64,000 nt of DNA, from positions 9,610,001-9,674,000 of the forward strand of contig NC_043017.1 of NCBI RefSeq assembly GCF_006345805.1, read 5' to 3'. Source of the stretch: Octopus sinensis. Taxonomy: Eukaryota. The notes under the pieces are model-generated. The model did not search any database. It worked only from the letters and a program-made list of their open reading frames with translations, and was not told the origin of the DNA. A program made the position numbers and the translations under genes. Of this stretch, positions 24,948 through 37,200 are shown piece after piece. Each line of letters starts with the position of its first letter. The stretch's first letter is position 1.

Positions 24948-25335
24948 ACAACACTCAACTCCACTGAGCGCAACATTCAGTTGCACTTAGTATAAAACTC
25001 AACTCTGTTGAACACGACACTCAGCTCTATGGAGCACGATACTCTGTTCAACTGAATACAACAATCAACTCCTCCTGAACACAGTACTCAGCTCCATTGA
25101 GCGCTACACTCAGCTCAAGCGTACAAAATACTTAACTCGACAGAGCACAGCTCTCACTTCCACCGAACTCAACTCTATCGAACACAACAGCCTGCTCAAC
25201 TGGGTACAACACTCAGTTCCATTGAGCACTGCACTCATCTCCGCTGAGCATAATATTTAAACTCCATTGGACACAATGTTTACCGAGTACAGCACTCGAC
25301 TCCACTGAGCACCAACACTCAACTCCACTCAATTC
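24948..25335. repeat. Degenerate 22-bp minisatellite (about 17 units)
   Basis: Consensus by eye ACAACACTCAACTCCACTGAGC. Confidence 0.85.
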
Positions 25336-26597
25336 CACGCAGCTTCAGAACCGTTCTTCGCACTTACAGTATTGCAGAGCAACTACAAAGGAACCTTACT
25401 GTTGTATCACCGTTCTTGGTGATGCTGGTGGTGGTGGTGTGGTGGTGGTGGTAGTGGAGGTGGCGGGTAATGGTGTGGGTGGTGACCGGGGTACGATGGG
25501 GGGATTCAGGGCGTATATCTGTCTGACTGTCAGACTGTCGATCTAATCTCTGTCTCTACGTCTCCTCTCTCACTCAACTACTCCCTACTCTCTCTCTTTC
25601 TCTCCCTCTCTCTCTCTCTCTCCCCCCTCTCTCTCTCCAAATACGAATGAGATGCAAGTAGCCTACTATCTTATTACTAAACTAACTAATTATAGTAACA
25701 CGTGCTCTTCTTGCCTACCTATAGAGCTAAAGGCTGCGGTTGAGCAGTCGGCCCAGTGTTCGCGCATACACACCCACACACACACACACACACATATATA
25801 GTATATATATATATAGGTATATATATATATATATATATACATATATATTATATATACATATATATATATATATTATTAAACACATATATATACATATATA
25901 TATACATATATATAACAATGTTATATATATATATATTTATGATATATGTATATATATATATACATATATATATATACATATATATAACATTACATATATG
26001 CATGAATAGTATATATCTTGTATATAACATCATCTATCTATCTATCTTTTTTCTAACTGTCTGCCTGTCTGCCTGCCTCCTGTGTCTGTGTGTGTCTGTG
26101 TGTGGGTGTGGGTGTATTGCGGATAATTCGAAATGTCTATTATGGTAAACCTAATGTTTTTCACTGACACTGTGAGATTGGAACAAACATAAACAAACGT
26201 CTGCTGTCAGGTCTTCCGTAGTAGACACAAAATGGGGGATCAACAACAGGTATTTGTTTACATTCAGCCAAACTTTCATAACTACATGCGCGCGTGCGCG
26301 CACACACATACACACGCGCGCGCGCATATATATCTCTCTCTAGTTTCTCAAGGCCTTAAAGGGTGCGGTCGAACAGATCGATCCCCGGTACTTTACTTTT
26401 AAATCTGGTAATTTTTTTTCCATCAGTCGCTTTTGTCGAACCGCTAGTTTATTGGGCCGTAAACAAACCAACACCGGTCGTTAAGCGGTGGTGGTGGTGG
26501 TGGTGGTGGTGGTGGCAGTGATAGTGGTGGGTGAGGGACAAACACAACCACAAATATACTCAGACTTTTCAATATATATATGCACGTATACATACAT

Positions 26598-27098
26598 TCA
26601 GACATTATGGAATATTCCCCCTCAAAATTTCTGTCAAATGTAAACATAACGGGTCGGATATTGTTGTGTGGGACAGAGGGGCAAAGCTATGTACCGTCAT
26701 AGAGGTCAGCTGCCCTGCAGATATAAATATCTCTTTGAAAATCAAAGAAAAAGAGGATATCTATGGACAACTGCTTCGAAACCTCCAGCTTCTATTTCCA
26801 GACTAAGAATTCATATTCATACCAATAATAAATAATTGGAGCACTAGGTTTTTGTTAGTCAATGCTTAAAGGAGAATCTGGATAAACTGGGATTTTCAGA
26901 AAGAGAAATCGACCGGCTGATCCGTTCATAACAAGTGCAATCTGTGAGTGGAACAGTAAAAATATGCAAGACAATTCTCAAGTTCCAAATGTGAATTTGT
27001 CTGTGTTAACTACATCCCAAAGATGGAGCTTTGTATCTTTGTTGCAAACCGGTTCCCTCCTCAGTTGAAGATTTATAATGATTAAAAAAGAAGAAGAG
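26598..27098 (+). mobile_element. 5'-truncated RLE-type (R4-like) LINE with an 8-bp TSD
   Basis: CKHNGSDIVVWDRGAKLCTVIEVSCPADINISLKIKEKEDIYGQL...IIGALG...LDKLGFS...SGTVKICKTILKF* (PD-(D/E)xK-like). Tail AAAAAAGAAGAAGAG; ACATACAT at 26590-26597 and 27099-27106. Confidence 0.88.
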
Positions 27099-27147
27099 AC
27101 ATACATGTGGATTGGTATACGTGTGTTGTATGTATGTGTGTGAGTGT

Positions 27148-27195
<48 letters not shown>

Positions 27196-27599
27196 ATGCG
27201 TTTATTTACGTTTCGGTATCGTTTCGTTCATCAATGCAAGGTATACAATGTCTGCCTAATATCTACAAATGAATGTTCTTAAAAAAATCCTCAGATTTTA
27301 ATAGAAATAGACAACATTGGCACCCAACCATTTTTAACGTATGGATGTCTTTGGTTCCTGTTCTACACTTACTGGACCCTCATAGCCATTCGATGTTTTA
27401 AAAATAAAATCCTATCATAATTAAATATTATTAATTATGATAATAATTAATAATAAAAAACTGTTAAACTATTTTGTCTTTTGTAGAATTATAAGCAATT
27501 TAAGCAAGAAAATCTGATACGGACCCCCGAGGGCCATAAGGACCATAGTTGAGAAAAACTGATATAAACCTTTTGTTTTCTATAAGAGACAGCTGGAAA

Positions 27600-27912
27600 G
27601 AAGGTGGGTTCACAACCATGAGGTAGCGAGTTCGATTCCCGGATCGGGCTGCGTGTTGTGTTCTTGAGCAAGACACTTTATTTCACGTTTCTCCAATTAA
27701 CTCAGCTGTAGAAATGAGTTGCGACGTCACAGGTGCCAAGCTGTATCGGCCCCTTTGCCTTTCCCTTGGATAACATTGACGGCATAGAGAGGGGACACTG
27801 GTATGCATGGACGACTGCAAGTCTTCCATAAACAACCTTGCCCGGACTTGTGCCTCGGAGGGGAACTTTCTTGGTGCAATCCCATGGCCATTCATGTCCA
27901 AAGGGGGTCTTT
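27600..27912 (+). mobile_element. SINE family C
   Basis: GAGTTCGATTCCCGG B box, GTTCTTGAGCAAGACACTTTA, end GAAGGGGGTCTTT; homologous to 43973 and 53618. Confidence 0.85.
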
Positions 27913-27939
27913 ACTCCTTACTAGAATTATACATACTTA

Positions 27940-28082
27940 TACTAGCGTAGCTAGAGTATGTGTTACCTGTGGTGGCTCTTCCGTTTGCCACCCCGGGATC
28001 CCACAAAAAATACGTACTGCCAACGGCAGACCCAAAAGTGCCGCCCAAGGCGGATCGTCTCTAACGCCCTCTTTAGCTACGT
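27940..28082 (+). mobile_element. hAT-type MITE (CACTAGCGTAGCTAG family)
   Basis: ACTAGCGTAGCTAG...CAGACCCAAAAGTGCCGCC...TAGCTACG. Confidence 0.75.
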
Positions 28083-28193
28083 ATGTATGTATCTATGTAT
28101 GTATGTATGTATGTATACGTGCATATTAATATATATATAATATATATATTATATTATATATATATATATCTATATATATATAATATATATATA

Positions 28194-29214
28194 CTAGCAT
28201 ATCGCCCGGCGTTGCTCGGGTTTGTAAGGGAAATAACTATATAAGCATTTTTAGAGAGTTACTTCCCTTATAGATGCTAATTCGGGCTTTCTAAGCCATT
28301 TCTGTTTTGGTGTCTTCAAGCCATGAAGTCGTTCTTCTAAAAGAACGCTGGTCTCCTTGACAACGCTTTACGACGTTGATTTCCTTACACTCCCTTCCCC
28401 ACAGCTTCACGAGGGAGGGAAGAGGGGGAGAAGCAAACAGGTGCAGGTGTGACCATGGACGCCAACTCCGCCGCCATCGACATACGAAAAAATATGCATT
28501 AAAATGGAATAAAAAATGATGTTAAATTATTTTTAAAATCGTAGACTCATCGTAGACGCGCGCTAATACCCAGACGGGCTCGATATGAATCACGATTATA
28601 AGATACCCGAATTTGGTTAAACTGCACCGCAAAATGTGGGAGTAGTTAGGAATCTAAATCGAAGGGGACAGACACTCACACAACTACAGTTTTATATATA
28701 TACTATGAGTATCGCCCGGCGTTGCTCGGGTTTGTAAGGGAAATAACTATATAAGCATTTTTAGAGAGTTACTTCCCTTATAGATGCCAATTCGGGCTTT
28801 CTTAGCCATTTCTGTTTTGGTGTCTTCAAGCCATGAAGTCGTTGTTCTAAAAGAACGCTGGTCTCCTTGACAACGCATTACGACGTTGATTTCCTTACAC
28901 TCCCTTCCCCACAGCTTCACGAGGGAGGGAAGAAGGGGAGAAGCAAACAGGTGCAGGTATGACCATGGACGCCAACTCCGCCGCCATCGACACACGAAAA
29001 ATTATGCATTAAAATGGAATAAAAAATGATGTTAAATTATTTTTAAAATCGTAGACTCATCGTAGACGCGCGCTAATAGCCAGACGGGCTCGATATGAAT
29101 CACGACTATAAGATACCCGAATTTGGTTAAACTGCACCGCAAAATGTGGGAGTAGTTAGGAATCTAAATCGAAGGGGACAGACACTCACACAACTACAGT
29201 TTTATATATATAGA
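28194..29214 (-). mobile_element. Head-to-tail dimer of a non-autonomous Helitron of about 510 bp
   Basis: On the minus strand: A|TC 5' end (29214), 3' hairpin CCCGAGCAACGCCGGG, CTAG|T end (28194). The two near-identical units span 28194-28702 and 28703-29214. Confidence 0.88.
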
Positions 29215-29585
29215 TATATATATATATATTGACGCGTTCAAGTGTCTTTGTGGTTGTGTTTGTCCCTCCACCACCCCTATAACCATCACTGCTTAACATA
29301 CGTACGTATGTAGGTATGTATGTTACATAATATTTATCTCCCACCAGACGGAGCGCTATTTTTGTTGATCTTACTATCACCGAATAGTACATTACACACA
29401 CACACACACACACACATACACACATTAATACTTGATTTTAAATCAAAATAAAATCAGTTTCACATTGAATCAAAGGATAACTCAATACATTTGGTGGAGC
29501 CCAAATCTATTATTCTTTAACAAGAATAGCATTGACAATGATTTCGAAGTTTCAACCAGCTAACCCATCACCGGACTCTGTGTGT

Positions 29586-29629
<44 letters not shown>

Positions 29630-29727
29630 GCCGTCTAAGAAAATTCATAAGTCAGGAAAAAATACTCTCGTATATCTGTCAGTAGAGTGAGTATATTAAT
29701 CGAAGTGTACAATATTATATATCCATT

Positions 29728-30130
29728 AAGGCGGCGAGCTGGCAGAAACGTTAGCACGCCGGGCAAAATGCTTAGCGGTATTTCGTTTGTCTTTATGTCC
29801 TGAGTTCAAATTCCGCCGAGGTCGACTTTGCCTTTCATCCTTTCGGGGGTCGATAAATTAAGTACCAGTTACGCACTGGGATCGATGTAATCAACTTAAT
29901 CTGTTTGTCTGTCCTTGTGTGACCCCTCTATGTTTAGCCCCTTGTGGGTAGTAAAGAAATACGTATTTCGTCTGCCGCTACGTTCTGAGTTCAAATTCCT
30001 CCGAGGTCGACTTGCCTTTCATCCTTTCGGGATCGATAAATTAAGTACCAGTTATGCACTGGGGTCGATATAATCGACTGGCCCCCTCCTCCAAAATTTC
30101 GGGCCTTGTGCCTAGAGTAGAAAAGAATAT
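29728..30130 (+). mobile_element. SINE family B dimer with an alternative tail
   Basis: Junction AAAGAAATA|CGTATTTCG at about 29960; the second unit ends CAAAATTTCGGGCCTTGTGCCTAGAGTAGAAAAGAAT. Confidence 0.85.
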
Positions 30131-30139
30131 TATATATCC

Positions 30140-30226
30140 CATTACGGCCGATCTTACCAGTCTGTCTCACACAAGGGGTTTCAACGGAGTGTTAGGTTAC
30201 ACTCCGTTGAACCCCTGGCCGTAATG
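30140..30226. mobile_element. Small fold-back element (MITE-like)
   Basis: CATTACGGCC and GGCCGTAATG outer inverted repeat, plus an 18-bp inner stem. Confidence 0.6.
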
Positions 30227-30706
30227 TACGCTTCAATTAATATATACATATATATAAATCCGATAAAGCACCGGCACACAGCTGTTGCTGAACCAGTTTT
30301 ATTTGTGTAACCAGATTTATTTGTGTAACTGTTAATAAAACTATTTTATTCAATAGTAAATAAATGAATGAAAACTCAGCAGCTTAAATCTGGTGTCTGG
30401 CGTAGAAACAAATTTGTAATTTGCAATTAAAGCCTGTTCATTATATCTTCGCGTTGTGTGCGCACGCGTACACAGGCATGTATATACATACATATATGAT
30501 GGCTGCCCCCTCGTTATCGAGTATGGCCATTGCACGAAGCTGAACTGTTATTGGTGCTGTGATCGAATGTGACTTTTATTTGCTTTTTAAGGCTACAGCC
30601 AGCCATTCAGTTGAGACTCACAGCACCATCAACAATCATGAACAATGTTGTTATCGTGAAATGCCTGTGCAAGAAGATTTTTTTTAAGTGAGGAAAGGCA
30701 CATACA

Positions 30707-30737
<31 letters not shown>

Positions 30738-30869
30738 GTGTGCGTGTATATATATACACACATATATATATATACACATATATATATATATATATATACA
30801 CACACCCACACATATATATAGGGGGAAGAATTCCCCCTCCCCCCAAAAAAAGACGAAGACAGGTGGTAT

Positions 30870-30985
30870 AGACAACAAACAGATGTATTAGTTTAACGCT
30901 CGGGAAGTGAAAAAGTCTTTAACGTTTCGAGCCTACGCTCTTCCACAGAAAGGAACAAGGAGAGAAAATAAGGAATGTGTAGTGG
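30870..30985 (-). mobile_element. Penelope-like element end with a hammerhead-like motif
   Basis: CTTT-CTGTGGA-A-GAGC-GTAG-GCTC-GAAA-CGT-T-AAAG; homologous to 45960-46165. Confidence 0.6.
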
Positions 30986-30991
30986 CTAGCG

Positions 30992-31055
<64 letters not shown>

Positions 31056-31166
31056 GTCTGTCTGTCTGTCCGTCTGTCTATCTATCTATCCTTCTATCTA
31101 TCTATCTATCAATCTGTCTATCCAACTATCTATCTATCCATCTATCCATCCATCCATCCTTCCATC

Positions 31167-31227
<61 letters not shown>

Positions 31228-31520
31228 GCGTGCGTGCGTGCAGACATGCATACATACATACATACACACACACATACATACGTACGTACATACATACATA
31301 CATACACGCACACATACATACATACATTCATACATACATACACACACACGCACACACATATATACATGGGTGAGAGAGCCGAGAAGTGGAGCGGTTCGAC
31401 GTGAGGCCTGTGGAACCACGCTGTGTAATCTGCTATTTGTTTCTCTAAGACTTGTCATCTTGTAGATAAAAGTGTGTGTGTGTGAGCGCGCGCGCGCGCG
31501 CGTGTGTGTGTGTGTGCGTG

Positions 31521-31863
31521 TGTGCAGACGTGAAAATGCGCATGTGTTTGTTCACGTATGTAAGGTACATTGAAAAGAAGTGCTAGTATTAATAGTAGTA
31601 GTAGCATTACTTGGTAATACGTTGGTTGGTTGGTGGTGATAGAACCGAGGCCAGGCTACCAGCTTACCTGTTCTTCAGATAAACTAAAGATAAACTTTGA
31701 GAGTTTCTAGCTCTCGACGTGCTTCCGTAAATTCGCTTTTTACCAAAATATATAACAAGTCTTGCCTCGAGACAGACGCATCAACCTCGTTGGAATACTT
31801 ACTATATACATACATTTTAACCTCACCAACCATCTATCTATCTGTCCATCTATCTATCTATCC

Positions 31864-31939
<76 letters not shown>

Positions 31940-32057
31940 CTCCATTTACCATTCTGTTTTGTTTATCTCTCTCTTTTTCTCCGTCTCTGTCTGTCTCTCT
32001 CTCCCCTTGTCTGCCTGATCGCCTGCCTATTTATATATCTATCAACCTTCTATTTCC

Positions 32058-32094
<37 letters not shown>

Positions 32095-32328
32095 ATTTTA
32101 CAACCCCCGTCTATCTTTATCTCTCAACAGTTCTTCCTTCCCTCTCTCTCTCTCTCTCTCTCTTACGAAATACATAATATGCCTCTGTTAACGACTGAAA
32201 ACCTGGCACCAAAAACGGTCCTGGATACATAAACGGTAGGGACCAGTTTATTGTATTTCTTTCGTATTGTTTTTTTTTTTTCATTGTCACAGACTCTCTC
32301 TCTTTCTCTCTCTCTCTATCTATCTATC

Positions 32329-32395
<67 letters not shown>

Positions 32396-32871
32396 CTGTC
32401 TTTACCTTACTTTTTCTTATTTTGTATATTCACATTTGCGAATACACATGAATTCTTGTACGTAAAATATACCCGAACACTCATTAATATATACACAATA
32501 CACGTGTGTGTGTGTGTGTGCAGACGTGAAAATGCGCATGTGTTTGTTCACGTATGTAAGGTACATTGAAAAGAAGTGCTAGTATTAATAGTAGTAGTAG
32601 CATTACTTGGTATACGTTGGTTGGTTGGTGGTGATAGAACCGAGGCCAGGCTACCAGCTTACCTGTTCTTCAGATAAACTAAAGATAAACTTTGAGAGTT
32701 TCTAGCTCTCGACGTGCTTCCGTAAATTCGCTTTTTACCAAAATATATAACAAGTCTTGCCTCGAGACAGACGCATCAACCTCGTTGGAATACTTACTAT
32801 ATACATACATTTTAACCTCACCAACCATCTATCTATCTGTCCATCTATCTATCTATCCATCTATCTATCTA

Positions 32872-32921
<50 letters not shown>

Positions 32922-33068
32922 CTATCTATCTATCTGTCTGTCTGTCTATCTCTCCATTTACCATTCTGTTTTGTTTATCTCTCTCTTTTTCTCCGTCTCT
33001 GTCTGTCTCTCTCTCCCCTTGTCTGCCTGATCGCCTGCCTATTTATATATCTATCAACCTTCTATTTC

Positions 33069-33103
<35 letters not shown>

Positions 33104-33354
33104 TATATATATATTATATATATATATATATACACATATACAATTTTACAACCCCCGTCTATCTTTATCTCTCAACAGTTCTTCCTTCCGTCTCTCTCTT
33201 TCTCTCTCTCTTACGAAATACATATAATATGCCTCTGTTAACGACTGAAAACCTGGCACCAAAAACGGTCCTGGATACATAAACGGTAGGGACCAGTTTA
33301 TTGTATTTCTTTCGTATTGTTTTTTTTTTTTCATTGTCACAGACTCTCTCTCTT

Positions 33355-33435
<81 letters not shown>

Positions 33436-33547
33436 CTGTCTTTACCTTACTTTTTCTTATTTTGTATATTCACATTTGCGAATACACATGAATTCTTGTA
33501 CGTAAAATATACCCGAACACTCATTAATATATACACAATACACGTGT

Positions 33548-33560
<13 letters not shown>
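31521..33560. repeat. Tandem duplication of about 1.0 kb (2 copies)
   Basis: CAGACGTGAAAATGCGC at 31525 and 32521 (period 996). Unique sequence is nearly identical, microsatellite lengths differ, and breakpoints lie in (TG)n. Confidence 0.93.
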
Positions 33561-33579
<19 letters not shown>

Positions 33580-33851
33580 TTAACTTGGTAGAATAACACG
33601 ATAATCAGAACTTAACACATGAGTATATGTGTGTATATTATTATTATTATTATTATTATATTATTATTATTATTATTATTATTATTGGCAGAAGTTACAA
33701 AGTGACTCAAGGGACGAGAGTTCTGTGTGTGGTACTAATCAAACTTCACACACACACACACACAATTATGTTTACGTGTATGTGTGTTCACATGTGTGCA
33801 TCGTGCATGGTACTTATGAAATTACTCATGTACACACACGCGTGCACACAC

Positions 33852-33912
<61 letters not shown>

Positions 33913-34524
33913 TATATATGTGTGTGTGTGCCTGTGTATGAGGAGAGAGAAGGGCAGTACCCAATGACCTTTTGAAGGGCCTTTGCGACTGGTTTAGAAG
34001 AAGGAAGAAATTTCTCGAATACATGCAACAGAATGAACTTCACAAAAGGAGGCACCCAAGGGCCAGAAGTTGGTATTAAACCAGGTGACCACCCAACAGC
34101 AGATACAATCCACCCAACGATGTTCTACATCTTCCCTCCCGAACCCAAAATTACCCCACAAGGATTTGCTTGGCACCGAAACTATGGTAGAATATTTTCG
34201 CCCCTAGGTAGCACAGACATAGCTGTTTTAAAAACGTTATACAACCCCAGGCAATGTAATGCACTGGGGGCCCTTACATACACAACCGCAGCATATATAG
34301 ATTAGAATTAGCCCCCACCCTTGTCACTTGTGGTCCTCGGGTAACAGCCATGTGTACCCATGTTTTTAGACGGTACTGGTCGCAGAACCACTCGGTTACG
34401 AAGTGAACTTCCTTACCACGTTAACATTCCACCCTGTTAACCCAACAGGTTGATGTTGATATTTCCTTGCTCTGTAATTCTATAGCTGCACCACCTCCCG
34501 AGTTGTGTCGCGTGTTTGCCCCCC

Positions 34525-34686
34525 ACCCCAAGGCGAGGCTGTGTGCTTAAGAAGCTTGCTTCCTAACCATGTGATCTCGGGTTCAGTCCCACTTTGCAGA
34601 ACCTTGGGTGCCTTTTGCTATAGTCCCGAGCCAACCAAAGCCTTGTGAGTGGATTTCATACGCAGAAACTAAAAAAAGCCTGCACA

Positions 34687-34690
<4 letters not shown>
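34525..34690 (+). mobile_element. SINE family A, 5' half
   Basis: GGCTGTGTGCTTAAGAAGCTTGC...GGGTTCAGTCCCAC...CAAAGCCTTGTGAGTGGATTT. Confidence 0.75.
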
Positions 34691-34745
<55 letters not shown>

Positions 34746-34817
34746 CATCCATCCATCCATCTTTCCATCCATCCATCCATCCATCCATCCATCCATCCAT
34801 CCATCTATCTATCTATC

Positions 34818-34864
<47 letters not shown>

Positions 34865-35384
34865 GTTTGTGTGTGGTGTGTGTGCATGCGTGTTTGTGCG
34901 TATCCCTGTCTAGACATCACGTGATGGTTGTAAAAAGCATCTTCATACAAGCGAAGTTGTTCGTTTCCAGTCCTCTAAGAAATACTTGTCTAGTTATGGG
35001 AAGATATTATCTTGCATGGAAACAGGTGTGGGTTGGTGACAGGAAGGGCATCCGACTGTGGAAAATTTGCTTCAACAATTTGTCTGGCCCATGCAAGCAT
35101 GGAAAAGCAGGTGGTAAATTATGATGGTGGTGGAGATCACTAGATCTGAGGGGGTTGGGATACCAACCCACCAGAAACTTTCAATAAAAACTTTCTTTTC
35201 ATTTTGTTCCAAACGCCAGCTTTAAACGACAAAGTTATTTTAATAAGTTCTTCAAAGCTTTCAAAATTAATTGAAACAAACGCAGTGAGGGTTTAAGTTA
35301 TCTAAATCAAAACTTTGCATCGAAATTTCGTGTTAATTTCTGTTCCAAATATCAGCTTAATAACGGTTTCAAATTTTGGCACGA

Positions 35385-35762
35385 AGCTGGCAATTTTGGT
35401 GGAGGAGACTAGGTCGGTTACATCGACTCCACTGCTCAACTAGTACTTATTTTATCGACCTCGAAAGGATGAAAGGCAAAGTCGATCTCGGCGGAATTTG
35501 AGCTCAAAAGGTAAAAACGGACCAAATACCTATTTTTGTTTCTTTATTACCCACAAGCGGCTAAACACAGAGAGGACAAACAGACGAACAGATTAAGTCG
35601 ATTATATCGCCGCCAGTGCGTAACTGGTACTTATTTAATCAACCCCGAAAGGATGAAAGGCAAAGTCGACCCCGGCGGAATTTGAACTCAGAACGTAACG
35701 GCAGACGAAATACGGCTACGCATTTCGCCCGGCGTGCTATCAGTTCTGCCAATTCACTGCCT
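35385..35762 (-). mobile_element. SINE family B dimer
   Basis: Two GGATGAAAGGCAAAGTCGA blocks, at 35467 and 35651. Confidence 0.85.
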
Positions 35763-36262
35763 TAAATAAATGCCTTACTAGCTTAATAACTTATTTTTCT
35801 TAATTCCATTCTTTCTTCCTTTTTCTTTTTCTTCAAAATTTATTGAAACAAAAGCAGCGTATTTCAATAAAAAATACCGTAATGGTTAAAGGCCTCCTAG
35901 TGGTGATTATCCCATCGTTATATATAGAATGGTGTTGTTCTATATATGAGGTGAATTGAGGGTGTTACGGTGCGTCGTCTTGCAAATCGTGTGAATACGT
36001 AGAGGCTTCTTCTGTACTGATTGATGACTGTCAGGAAGATTCCCTCCCCACACACACACGTACACGGTGGCACACATGCACATATGCATGCAAACAAATA
36101 TACGAACACACATTTATGTACACACAAACACATATACATACGCGTATAATTATGAACATTCACATACACAGTCGTATGCACACACATGCACAGAGGCACA
36201 CACACACATATACACACATGCAAAAATATATAAATACACACACACACACACATATATATATA

Positions 36263-36738
36263 CTAGCAGTATCGCCCAGCGTTGCTCAGGTGTGTTTCGA
36301 CCGTTTAGAATTGGAATTTTTGAAAAGTAAATATTTTGCATTATGTAGCTTTAAGTGAACATTTTTTCTGGTTGAAATACACCGAAAAATGGCGACACAG
36401 CAGTCAAAAAATCGTAAAAAATAGGGATTTTCATAGAAAAAAAGCACCTTTTTGATGTAAATAATTTTTGGTGTTAACACGGTCCGATTTGAATTTTTTC
36501 TTCTACGGAAGGAAGAGCATGAAAATCCCTATTTTTTACGATTTTTTGACTGCTGTGTCCACACTTTTCGGTGTATTTCAACGAGAAAAAATGTTCACTT
36601 AAAGAGAATAAATAACAAGCTACATAATGCAAAATATTTACTATCATACTCCCAGTTTTGGTCAACTTGCGCCGCAGGGTCTCGGAGGAGATAGTGTTAG
36701 TTGAAGGCTACCAAACCTACCATACACAGACAACGTCA

Positions 36739-36755
<17 letters not shown>
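36263..36755 (-). mobile_element. Non-autonomous Helitron (subfamily 2) with an internal inverted duplication
   Basis: A|CTAGCAGTATCGCCCAGCGTTGCTCAGG 3' end; body homologous to 48567-48960. Confidence 0.85.
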
Positions 36756-36791
<36 letters not shown>

Positions 36792-36900
36792 AACCTTTAC
36801 ATAAATAAATAACGTGAAATACACGAAGGGACGAACATAAGAGACAGACGGGTCATTCAAAGCCTTCGTTCTTCAGTCAGAAACCGATTCCTCATCGCAG

Positions 36901-37028
<128 letters not shown>

Positions 37029-37047
37029 CACACACACACACACATAT

Positions 37048-37200
37048 TACTAGCGCAGCCAGAGTGTGTGTCGTCCGGTGCGGCCCTTCCTTTGCCGCTC
37101 TCGGACCCCTTCAAAAAAACACATTGTCTACAGCAGACCTAAAAGTGCCGCCGGGGGCGGACTGCCCCTACGGGCCCCACCCCCGCTAGCTACGCTAGTG
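37048..37200 (+). mobile_element. hAT-type MITE (CACTAGCGTAGCTAG family)
   Basis: ACTAGCGCAGCCAG...CTAGCTACGCTAGTG; flanks ACACATAT and ACATATAT. Confidence 0.8.

Noticed and set aside
24948-25335. Regularly spaced hairpin repeats as a CRISPR array
   Set aside because: There are no unique spacers, the units are contiguous and degenerate, no cas genes are present and the context is eukaryotic.
30592-30687. Exon-like segment after TTTGCTTTTTAAG
   Set aside because: The open frame ends in TAA immediately before the putative donor, and the peptide is not recognisable.
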